Below are positions 11,663 to 22,150 of a DNA stretch of 64,000 bases, one piece after another; position 1 is the first letter of the stretch, and the number at the start of each line of letters is the position of its first letter. The notes under the pieces were generated by a model, which saw nothing but the letters and a program-made list of their open reading frames with translations, did no database searches and was not told the origin of the DNA. The position numbers and the translations under genes are program-made. The DNA is from Felis catus (lineage: Eukaryota): NCBI RefSeq assembly GCF_018350175.1, contig NC_058370.1:134292001-134356000 (forward strand). The letters run 5' to 3'.

Positions 11663-12335
11663 AAGGAAGTACCATATGTTGAGTTTTGGTGTACTATCAA
11701 AGAAGAACATCCACAATGACGTGAAAAAGCCATCATGACGTTGTTCTCTCTCGTCCAACTATATACTTGAGGCTGACTTTCCTTCACGTCCCTCAACTAA
11801 AACAGCATAATGTGCACATTGAAAGCAGAAGCAGATGTGAGGATACAGCTGTCTTCCATTAATTCAGACACTTAGGGAGCTTGGGAAATGCATAAACTGT
11901 TGCCATTCTGCTCACTGTTATTTTTGCTTTGGAAAATGCAGTTATTTTCTTAAAATGTAAAAATGTATGCCAATGTGTGATGAATCTATATTGTGATTTT
12001 TGATACAAATTGAAAAATATTCAAAGATTTTCTCAGTTTTAATTTCTAGTACAGTAAATATCTTCAAATACAACTCACATGAACACAAGCTCCTTAGGGA
12101 TGCTCGATAATTTTTGAGACTATAAAGTGGTCCTGAGATGGAAAAGCCTGAGAGAAAAGCCAGCCTTAGTTTAGAATAGTCAAGAGACTTCCTTCGAGGC
12201 CCCCAGTCGGGGACGGCAGTGCCCTTCCCTGTCAGCTCGCACTAGCTCTAACTTCTGCCTTCCATGCAAATGGCCTGGACCCCGTCTGGTGTGGCTCCGA
12301 GAGCCCTAGGCGAACCTCCTCTGTGGCAGGCTATT

Positions 12336-12540
12336 AATTTTTTTTTTTTAATGTTTATTCATTATTTTTGAGAGAGAGAGCACGAGCAGGGGAGGGGCAA
12401 AGAGAGAAAGACACAGAATTTGAAGCAGGCTCCAGGCTCTGTCAACACAGAACCCGACAGGAGCTCGAACCCACGGACCATGAGATCATGACCTGAGCCG
12501 AAGTCGGATGCTTTAACCAGCTGAGCCACCCGGGCGCCCC
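12336..12540 (-). mobile_element. Can-SINE (SINEC_Fc type)
   Basis: TGAAGCAGGCTCCAGGCTCT...GAGCCACCCGGGCGCCCC; TSD TGTGGCAGGCTATT / TGCGGCAGGCTATT. Confidence 0.94.
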
Positions 12541-13417
12541 ATGCGGCAGGCTATTTAAAAGCAAAATGTAATGTGGGCACCAGCGTTTATTTCTGAACAA
12601 CGTGTGAAAAGAGAACAGCAGGATATAAAGTTCAAGAGTGAATGTGTAGTGAGTAATGTGGGTGTCATGTCCCGCGGCCGGGGAGCGGGAGGCGGTACCT
12701 GGAAGACTTGGGGGCCACGCCGACACGGGGAGTGTGGGTGCGATGCTCCCGGTGCGCACCGCGGGCCTGCTTCACGTCGGCCTCTCACATCCGCACCTCT
12801 GTCTGCTGCCTGCCTGTCTCACCCTGGACTGTTGGACATCGGGACCTCGGACGCACCGCCTCAGTGGCTCCACAGCTATGGCAGATGAGGTTGTTGTTCA
12901 CTGTTGACCTCGAGCATCCCCGTCGTGCTTTTCCTCCCTGGCAGGACGGTACCGAGTTTACGTCCTTCGATTTTGAAGAGGAAAGATATCCTTGGATTTC
13001 TGAGTACTAAAGAAATAACGAGTGAAGCACCTTTGGTGTGTTTTACGGAGGAGTCCTATCAATGGACATTCTTCGTCTTCTTCACCATTCCTGACCATAT
13101 TTTCCGTGTCTGAGCCCTGCTCTGGATTCAGGGATGAATCAGACTCAGTGGATGAAAGTGCTTAGTCTAACTGGGATTACCTGGGCAGCGGGAGATATGT
13201 GGGGCCCGGAGAAAGCCGTCTCTTAGGACATGGGGTTGGGTGGTAGCCAGTGGTCATACAGAAAGATGCTGGGAACTGTTGCGCAGGTGAGCTGGAAGGC
13301 TGAGTCCAGAGTGCCCCGGCGGGAGTAAGCAGGTAGTGGTGATGAGGACAAGGCTGTGGGTTTAGGGAGGAAAACTCAGACAACTTTTCCGGAGTGGTTT
13401 CCTTGCTTTGATGAGTA

Positions 13418-13629
13418 TTTTTTTTTTTTTTTAAGTTTATTTATTTGGGAGAGGGTGATAGAGAGACAGAGAGAGAGAGCAGGAGGGGCAGAGAGAGAGA
13501 AAGATCTCAAGCAGGCTCTGCACTATCAGCACAGCCTGATGAGGGGTTTGAACTCACGAACTGTGAGATCATGACCTGAGCTGAAACCAAGAGTCGGAAG
13601 CTCAACCGACTGAGCCACCCAGGGGCCCC
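13418..13629 (-). mobile_element. Can-SINE (older SINEC type)
   Basis: GAGATCATGACCTGAGCTGAAACCAAGAGTCGG...GAGCCACCCAGGGGCCCC; TSD TTGATGAGTATTTT / TTGACGAGTGTTTT. Confidence 0.93.
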
Positions 13630-13699
13630 TTGACGAGTGTTTTTATTTAGCTGACCTTGTTGAACACACACTGCCTTCCGCCAAGCCTGGCCTTGGGCT

Positions 13700-14110
13700 G
13701 CTGGAGGAGTCTTGGAGAAGTTCATTGAGAAGGTGGGGCATGGACTTGGCCGTGAAGGGTGGCCAGGATTTGAGTAGGTGAAGAGGAGCAGGAAAAACAC
13801 TCAAGGCTTAGGAAATGGGGTGAACGGAGGCATGGGAACGGGAAGATTCAAGGCACATGGACCAGCTTAACTGGACCACCGTTACGTGGGGAGCAGGTCT
13901 GGGCTGCAGAATGGAAGGTCTTGAACTCCAGGCTTGAGTTCGGAGCCATGGATGGCCTTTGAGTGGTGACCGGGCCTGTGTGCGAAGGGCTCCCGGAAGG
14001 GACGTTGATGGCGGTGCTTGGAAATGACGGAAGGAGAAACTCTAGCCCTGGAGCCACAGGGTGCCTCCTCTTTAACGGGCAGTGGGAGAGAAGAGGAAAA
14101 GATGTGGAGA
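13700..14110 (-). mobile_element. L2 fragment
   Basis: GA-rich degenerate L2: GGAGAAGTTCATTGAGAAGGTGGGGCATGGACTTGGCCGTGAAGG. Confidence 0.55.
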
Positions 14111-14455
14111 GAAGCACTCTAGGGGGGCCGCCCGAAGTCGTATGGCGAGGGCGTGGGAGTGAAAACTGCTGCCAAGTTTTGAGCCCGACGCCAGCGAAAT
14201 ACAAATACACTTGTGTTTCCTTACATAGCCGAGTGCGCCGCTGATCTTTAAGAAGTGCTTGTCTTATTTGGCACTTAGTTTCTGAGAAGAACAGGAGGAA
14301 GAATTCTCTCAGGCTGGGAATCAAGTTTTAGCTCACTTCGAGACTATTATTCTTACTTAAGAACACACAGTCGGGATCTCTGGGGTTAGGAACCGGGGGG
14401 CAGATAATGAGCTCACGCCTCACATTGTGGACGCCTGTCTCCTCCGCTAGCCCGA

Positions 14456-14975
14456 TGTGGCGGGCGGCCTCTGAGGTGGCCCACGGCCCTCACTTCCGGT
14501 GTCCGTGCCCTACTGCAATCCGCTTGGGTGTCGGCCAGATCCGATGACCTTGCCTCTCGTCAAAAGACAACAGACAACGGCAAAAACGACGAGATGTCGC
14601 TTCCGTGACTGGGATACAAGTCAACGGTGACCTCTGTCCTGTTCTCCCTCTCTCCTGTTCCCTCGCTCTGAGCAGAGTGGCTGCTGTGATGTGAGCTGCC
14701 CCTTGGAGAGGCCCATGAGGCAAGGAGGTGAGGAATCCAGCAACAGCCAGCTGAGACCCGAGGCCTGCTGGCCACCGCGAGAGCGAGCTAGGAACGAAGT
14801 CTTCCCCCAGTCTCCCCCAGAGGGGACACGGGCTCTCATCTTTACTGCAGCTGAAGAGAGGCCAAAAGCCAGTCCCAGATTCCCGACCCATGGGACGTGC
14901 AAGATGACAACTCTATGTTGTGTCAGGCTGCTAAGTGGGGGGACATCTGTTACACAGCTGTAGATAGCTAATACA
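14456..14975 (+). mobile_element. MaLR solo LTR, MLT1F-like
   Basis: Starts TGTGGCGGGCGGCCTCTGAGGTGGCCC, contains TGTGAGCTGCCCCTTGGAGAGGCCCATG, ends TGTTACACAGCTGTAGATAGCTAATACA. Confidence 0.82.
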
Positions 14976-14987
14976 CTCAGATCCTCT

Positions 14988-15230
14988 TGGTGGTGTCTGA
15001 GAGCACTATTGGAGGCCAGGCTGCATAGGTTCAAGGCCTGGCTCTGCCGTTTACAAGCTGCCCAACCTTAAGACAATTACTCCCGAGTGTCCCAGTTTCT
15101 TGTCTGCAAAATGAGAACAAGAATAACACCTGTGTTGTAGGGTGATTGTGAGAATTAGGTAAGACAATCCTCATAAATTGATCAGAACAGTGTTAGGGCT
15201 CAGTACGTATTAGCTGCCATTGTTATTATT
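14988..15230 (+). mobile_element. Near full-length MIR
   Basis: GGTTCAAGGCCTGGCTCTGCCGTTTACAAGCTG...CAGTTTCTTGTCTGCAAAATGAGAAC...TTGTGAGAATTA...TATTATT. Confidence 0.8.
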
Positions 15231-16364
15231 TTCTGTTCTTTAAAGGGGAACCTGATGCTAATCCCTCCTGCAGTTTCTATTGTACTGCTCAGCCCCTGCT
15301 GACCTCTCCTGCTTGGAGTTTCTATGGCATCTTGTCTGTACTTTATGCCCTACTTTTCCATTTAAAGCCCTCTGTCTTATTCTCTGATCGTGTCAGATGT
15401 AGACACTCTTCCTAATGCTGAAGGGTCTCCAGGACTCAGCAGTGCGCTTGACACAGAAAAGGGGGTTAGGGATTAAATAAGGCAGGCAGATGAAGAGGGA
15501 AACAGGATCAGAAGTGACCTCCTTGAGGCCAGGGACATGTGGAGTTATTGGTTACTGTGCGACCAGGGCCAAGCGCTGCCCCAGCACAGAACGGTACGAA
15601 GCCATCTTGTTAAACTGATGGATCGAGCACGCACGAGACCGTAGACCCGAGACGCGAGATGTGCTGGACCGCACGCATGTGCACAACGGGAGAGGCCAGC
15701 ACAGGGGGAACGTGGAGGTGCGTGCCGGGGTGGTCCCGATGACACAAAGTGGGTGCCGGACAGATGTCTGTCGCATGAATGGACACGGAACCCAAGGTGA
15801 ATTCATTGGTGAAAGTTCACCAAACTGGCTGAAGTGATTGGAATCTGGATGATGCGGAGAGAGGCTCGTCATGTGAGAGGAAGTGCAGAGCGGGAAGCCA
15901 GAGGGAAGAGCTGGGGCCTTGATCTGGGGCAGTACCCATCCCCCACTGGCCCTCCCCTCCCTGATGGCCTGGCCTGAGAGTCTGGTTCCTCTTGGCAGTC
16001 AGCTCCACACGGGGCAGGGCTACGTGGAAGTTTGGCAGCAGGTGGGGAGAAGGCAGAGAGCCCGACAGGCAGAGAAAAGGTGCCAGCGGCTTCTCCTGGG
16101 CACACGGTCAAGTGAGGATCGACCTTGTCACCCTGTGCCCGGAGTGGCCACAGATGGTGAGACGGTGAAGGGGCTGACCGTGGTCCTCTGTGCTGGAGCT
16201 CTGGGCGGGCACCGTGAGGCGACTCTGTCGCCCGGGAGGTGAGGCTCACTGTCAAGTCCCACCACAGGCCAGATGGCCTCCTGAACCCCAACTGCAAGTC
16301 CCTGAGTGGTGTCTGCCATGGCGGCCGGCGTGCCTTGTTCAAAACCCTCAGGCAGGAGCTCCGT

Positions 16365-17900
16365 TCCCTCATCCACGTGTGTTTTCAGAGCATCCACTCT
16401 GTACTGGGCCATCCACGGGGCGGGGGGGGGGCGGGTTGGGCAGGGCAAACCTAGATGCACTCCTGTCCCCCCCGCTCTCACCATCTAGGGCAGGAGGCCG
16501 GGGGCCAGCCTGCCAGGGTGTGTGGAAATGTCCACGGGCTTCTAATGCCGTCACAGTGGCTGGGAGGGCCACAGGCATTTGGTGGGTGGGGCCGGACCCT
16601 CCCGCCAGTTCGCAGACAATGTCCCAGGGTAAAGCATTACCCTGTTCAAAATGCTGGTCTGCTCTGGCTTTGGGGACTCCTAGCCCAGGGGGAGAGATCA
16701 ATGTTAATTAACCACACATATAAGTGAATAGTTCCAAGCCTATTAACAGCTATGACAAAAATGATACAGGAAGGTCGGGGGGGGGGGGGGTGGGTCGCGG
16801 ATAATACAAGGTATCTCCTGTGTGCGGGTAAGGAGCAGAGGTGGCACAGGGAAGAAGGAAGGTCTTCCTGCGAAAGCAGTGCTTAGGCTGGAATCAGAAG
16901 CACGAACGGGGCATTGGGTTGCAGGGGTGAGTGCAGGGGCAGATAAGCGGAACGTCGTTCGGGAAGAAAGGGGAGAGAGAGAGAAAGAGAAATAGTCTGA
17001 GGCTAGTTATGCAGGCCCTAAGAGGCCACGTTGGGATTCTGGTCCGTGTCCAAGAGCGTTCTGGGGGAGGGGGACCTGACCGCGTCTCAGGTGTGGGAGC
17101 AGACGGCGGACCGGAGGGCGAAGCGTGGAGGTGGAAGGACAGCTGGGTGGCTGTAGCGTTGCCTGGTCCCTGAGATGGTCCTGGCTTACACTGGGGGGGT
17201 GGGGCGAAGACAGAGGACCGAGTGGATGCCTGGAGGGAAACAACTCGGGGTGCGTTAGTCCGGGGCAAGGGAAGGGATGGTGACAAAGAATCCGTGCGGG
17301 TGACCATTCAGGAAGCTGCCGACTCGGGGAGCAGAACAGGTCCAGGGAGGGAGTCAGGAGCTGGGGTTGGGACGGGCTGAGCCAGAGGCATCTCTGACCC
17401 CGGCCGGCGGGGCTGGTTCGGACTTGCACTTGTGTTGCTGTGGGGGCCGAGGGGAAGCCCAGACTGAGGAATCCGGGGGAGACTGGAATACACACAGAGC
17501 AGCAGAGACCGTGGGAGTGGGCGAGCTCACCCACACGGCGGTTGGCAGGGGACACGTGACCCCGTCTGAGGCTTGAGGCACCCTCACTTATCGGCCAGGC
17601 AGAGAAGGATGACCCAGGCAAAGAGATGGGGAAAGGAAGCAGGAGAGGAACGAGGGACACACATGTCCCTGAGGCTGAGGGGTCAGCAGGTCCTAATGGA
17701 AAGTTGAGTAAGAGGATGATTGAGAAATGTGTCGTGGATCGGAAAGTGGGGCCACCGGTGACGTGGGCAAGAACTGACGTGGTGGCTTGACGGGGGCAGC
17801 GGGTGGACCAGTGGGCGGGAGGACAGGAAATGGAGGCGGCCTGACATCCCTTTGAAGAAGTGTCGGAGGGAGGAGAGAGAAAGCGGCAGTGAGGGGGTGT
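16365..17900 (-). mobile_element. Long degenerate L2, probably fragmented
   Basis: L2 terminus-like CAGAGCATCCACTCTGTACTGGGCC, then purine-rich L2 body (GGAGTCAGGAGCTGGGGTTGGGACGGGCTGAG; GTTGAGTAAGAGGATGATTGAGAAATG). Confidence 0.55.
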
Positions 17901-18014
17901 GGGGTCAAGCGCAGGCGTGTATGTGTTTGATTTGGGGTGGGTGAGCCTCTCACATGCTCCTTCCAGACCAGAGCTGGCCGGGAGAGCCCCGTGTTTGACC
18001 TCAGTTACATCATC

Positions 18015-18225
18015 TAAAATAATAGCTCATTATGTACAGATTATCACCACCAGACAGTTACCCTTATAACGAGGGTGGCGCGACGGCTGTCCTCGCTTCA
18101 CATGAGAAGCCCAGAGTGGTTCTGTAAGTCGCCCAAGGCCACACAGCTAGTCAGCAGAGCTGGGCTTTAACCAGACACAGTTAACCACGGGGTTAACTGA
18201 AGTGTCCACATCTTAACTCTTACAC
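18015..18225 (-). mobile_element. MIR fragment
   Basis: GTAAGTCGCCCAAGGCCACACAGCTAGT...AGAGCTGGGCTTTAACC. Confidence 0.7.
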
Positions 18226-19974
18226 GTATCCCCCTACGCCTCAGGCTGTCCCGCGAGCCTCATGTGGGGCGGCTGGTATATTCATCACCAGTGATGTGCT
18301 GGACGGTGGAGCTCATGGCAGCTGAGCGTGCTGTCTTCCCAAGTCCACGTTCGGAGATCGCACTGGCCACGATGGGAGCATTTCCATCACCGAGGTTGGC
18401 ACAAATCACACTGTTTCAGTCTCTCGCAGAGCCAGCGTTAGCGTCCCCCCAGAGGGCACGAGGGTGAACTCTGCAGAAAGCCACCATCTCGGGCAAGCCT
18501 TCTGTGCTGGACAAGCCACCTGAGGGCCTCCTGGCTCCCTTGGAGCGCCTGCCCCCAGCGGCGCTGCACTTGGGGGGCCTTCCACCCCTCAGAGGCCACT
18601 TGGCCTAGGCTCTACGGGCTGAACCCTAGGGGGGCGGGCGGGAGAGAGTCGGGGCCTCCAGCCACCAGGCTGAGTGCCGCCTTCGCTGCCGGTCACACGC
18701 ACGGCCTGTGGGTCCCTTCCTGTCACCTTCTTCCCCTCTGAGTGTGCGCACGTACAGCATCAGCCCAGAGCGTGCCACTCTCACTTGCCAGAATGCAGCA
18801 TGGTTTAAGTAAGGACACGTGAGAGGGGAGAGAGGCTGAGGACGCCCTCATGCCTCAGGGAGTGAGCCCGCCCCTCCCCAGCTGTGCGTTCATTCCGAGA
18901 GCACCTGCCTGCGTGGGGCTCCTGGTAGGGACCCTCTACCCTCCCGGGATGATGTGACTACGCTTTATAGGTAAACAAAGTGAGGGGAATCGGGGGAGGT
19001 GCCCCAGAGCACACCGATGGTGAGTGGCAGTTCTGAGATTTTCTCCAGCCCCTCGCTTCTGCGTTCTGCTGCCCCCGGGCCTGCCTTGTGTGCGTTCCAG
19101 GCTCAAGGTCCGTTGTGGGGCTTGAGCGGGGCTGCGTCCGCCCCGCCACCTGCCTCACACGAGGACAGGCAGACAGCGGGTGCCCGAGGCTTCCCTTTTC
19201 TGCCTTCCACGCCTCGGCCACAGAGGCTGGAGCCCTGGCCCTGTGTCCCAACCTGCAGCCGGCCGCGCCCACCCCCACGTGACGGACTGGCCCATACATT
19301 TCCCCATTCAGCTGATGGTGAGTGCTGTGCTATTTTAAGCCCACATGGAAGTATTTTTTTTTTTTTTTTTGTAAGGACCATCTGCTACCGGCCCCAGCCC
19401 AGATGATACAGTTAGAACCTACCCACAGCATCCTCTCCCGCCTTCAGACAGTTCCAGGAACAAGGGTGAGTCAGTCGCCCAGCTGAACTCCTGTCTTGCT
19501 ACCCTGAGAGCTGGCCTCAGTGCCAGCAGACGGGCCGCTCCTGCCAGAGGGGCAGGTGCCCCTAGCGGCTTCTCAGCCCCTGGAAGGGCACCCCCACTCC
19601 CCCAGCACTGCTGTCTGCAGGGAGAGCCGAGGAAGGCCCCTGGAGAGCTCCAGCCAGCTCTTCTCAGCTAAGCCCCACCCCCTGGGGCTGCAGTCTGGTT
19701 CTCCAGTTCCACTGCACATGTGACAGCTTCCACCGCAGCTCCTCAGGAAGCCCGCTGCAGAGAAGCAAGGTCCAGAGGTCTCTGGAAGGACCCCTGGGTC
19801 TTTTCTGGGGGGTGCCAAGAGGTTGGGCCCCTTCTCGCTGGGCGGGGTGGGCCCAGCCCCGGGAGGATGTCATTAAACACTGACCGCAGGCACTCAGCGG
19901 GAGGCTTTGCTCGCTTGCCCTCCTTCCCTCACCTCCACACCTCCAGGCTCTCTGTGAATAGAGGCTATTGCACC

Positions 19975-20155
19975 GGGCGGATAGCGCAGAGACTGCACTC
20001 AGGTCGTGACTCTGGGTGCTGCCAGGGCAAGGTGTACGTAATCCCCTGAGCCTCAGTCTGCTCGCCTGTAAAGTGGGGGGAAATCTGACCTACTTCCGAG
20101 GGTGTCTGAGCAGTCAAGAGTGGGAGGGACCTGGTACAGCACCTGGCTATTATTT
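19975..20155 (+). mobile_element. MIR fragment
   Basis: CCCCTGAGCCTCAGTCTGCTCGCCTGTAAAGTGGGG. Confidence 0.7.
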
Positions 20156-20629
20156 TCTCTATCATGAACTTCAGAGGGTCTGTCCTTTGAATGGCCCACA
20201 ATGCTGGGGGACTTTTCGACAACGTGGGCCTGTAACTCAGCACTTCCCCCCCACGCACTCTCCGTGGGCCTGGCCTCTCTCCTCCTGCCAGCTGGCTGTT
20301 TTTGCTGCAGGGACCCAGGTTTATGAAGCACATGGGCTGCAGCTGACTGGCTCCCAGGGGTGTGATCATCAGAACCACTGCCCTCCCCACCCCCGCCGGT
20401 GACAGAAGCCCCTGGAACTCGCAGGCCCGGGGTTTTCTCAGTGCCCCTCCGTCCCTCTGACCCTGCTGCTCTTCCCCGGGGTGGGGGCCCGTGCCCGGCT
20501 GGCCTCGCCCTTCATTTCCCCGCGACCCCCCAGCCGCGTCGCCGAGCATTATCGGGCGTGTGCAGCCGGCGGTGGCCCGGGAGCGCCCCGGGAGCGGGCG
20601 TGGGGCCGAGGCCCGCCGGCGCCGCTTCC

Positions 20630-20682
20630 TGTCCCGGGAGTCAATCTGCCGCTGCTCTGCGGAGTCCTACAGTTTATCTGTG
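20630..20682 (+). other. Candidate non-coding first exon A (start approximate)
   Basis: Lies just downstream of the GC/ETS boxes; ends at donor-like GTG|GTCAGT (20682/20683); contains no ATG. Confidence 0.45.
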
Positions 20683-20989
20683 GTCAGTGCTCCTACCCAT
20701 TTCCTGCCAGCTGCTACTGGTTTTCTAGCCCCGCGGGCTACAGTAACTGGGAAGGGGCCCGGGCTTCGTGATTCCCCGGCGCGGCGCTGACCCGGCCCGA
20801 GGGGTGCAGGGGGACGCCCCGCCTCTGTGTCCGGGCCTTCCCCGGGCCGCGCCGGCGCCGCCGCCCAGAAGGCCCACACACTCATCGCCAACCGAAAGCT
20901 GGCGTGCGTGCCTGCGCGCGTGCACGCGTGTGCGTGCGTGTGCGCTGGCAGGGCTTCCCCTCCCCGCCCCCACCCCCCACCCCCCGAAT

Positions 20990-21098
20990 GTGCCCGAGCC
21001 AAAATGAATGGTAGCGTGTCGTGAGAAGTCAGAGCGTTCCTCTAGGCTGGGCTTCGCCCCTGTCACGGGCAGCCCCGGGTCCCCGAGGCGTAACTGTG
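20990..21098 (+). other. Candidate non-coding first exon B (start approximate)
   Basis: Ends at consensus donor GTG|GTGAGT (21098/21099) at the island's 3' edge; contains a short uORF (MNGSVS*, 21004-21024). Confidence 0.4.
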
Positions 21099-21964
21099 GT
21101 GAGTTTGCAGGGCCCCGGATTGGGATATCACAGTCACCCTGAAAATTTTACTTCCTGGCATTTCTATAAATGCAGAGCAAAATCCCCCACTGTCACAAAT
21201 GACTCCTTAAACTAGAAAACGGAGAATGGGTTCATGAATTTTTTTTTTTTTAACGTTGTGTGCCAGAGTTTCGAAGTTGACCAGGATGTGGGGTACGTGT
21301 GTAGTCGAGTGTCTTGATTGTCTAGAGCGTTTCTTCCTAAGGATAAGCTCAAGGCGAGGGAGCAGGCGTGGTGGGGGGCGGGGCCAGGCCAGAACCTGCT
21401 GTGGGAGCACCTGGGAGCTCTGGAGAAGTGCAGGATCTCTGGCGCCCCTGCAGGCCCGCGGGGCCAGAACCTCTGACGCTGGGGTGGGGGCGGGGCAGGC
21501 GGTCCGGGTTTTAGTCGGCTCTCCAGGTGGTCCTGTTTTGCATTCAAGCATGACTTTCGTAGTAGATTTTATTAATTTTCTTGACAGATGTGGTTTGTGA
21601 AGAAGGAAAACAGTCCCCCAGTGCTGAATGGAGCTGTTCATTCGGTGCCTATTTCTTGCCTCCTCCCAGGTGGACTGGGCTCTGTGCTGGACCCAGCAAG
21701 GCACTGCCTGGCAGCCGGAGCCCAAACCTACTCTCAGGGGTCCTGCTCTGGAGGAGACAGGATGTCACCTGATCTGGAGAAGCTCCCTCTTCTGACCTGG
21801 GCCTGGGGGTTGGGGAGGAGTGAGCAGGGGCTGACTGGAGTCGTAGGTGATTTGGGGACGATTTCATTCATGGTGGGAATTAGACAAAGGGGCGGAGAAA
21901 ATGGAGAGAGGGTGGTGGTGGTGGTGGTGTGCAGAGAATGGCCTTGGGGGGTTTGGGACTCATC

Positions 21965-22150
21965 CCAGGTCTGACAGTGTACAGTGCCGGAAGCTCAGAC
22001 AGGGCTCTGTGCTAAGCCTCAGTGTTCTCATCTGTATAGTGGGTTTAATGATACTTCCTTTGATGACTGTGTTGAGCCTTAAAGGAGGTAATACGTGCAG
22101 AGTGCTGAGCACAGCCCTCTCTAGAGTCTAAATGGACAATGGTGATTATT
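21965..22150 (+). mobile_element. MIR fragment
   Basis: AAGCCTCAGTGTTCTCATCTGTATAGTGGG...GTAATACGTGCAGAGTGCTGAGCACAG. Confidence 0.72.

Larger units (their letters stand above)
10820..12160 (+). mobile_element. hAT-Charlie DNA transposon remnant (Charlie1/Charlie1a-like), interrupted by two SINEs
   Basis: AT-rich block; translates to FWCTIKEEHPQ and AEADVRIQLSSINSD (hAT dimerisation-domain region); ends GGTCCTGAGATGGAAAAGCCTGAGA like the Charlie1 3' terminus. Confidence 0.82.
20420..21120. promoter_or_regulatory. CpG island, probable promoter of an unidentified gene
   Basis: Densest CpG/GC stretch in the window and free of repeats; GC/KLF box GGGCGTGGGG at 20596-20605, ETS core GCTTCCTG at 20624-20631, further CCCCGCC boxes. 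Confidence 0.85.

Noticed and set aside
18178-18199. Hairpin CAGTTAACC-acgg-GGTTAACTG
   Set aside because: A 9-bp stem inside a MIR; too short for a miRNA precursor and plausible by chance.
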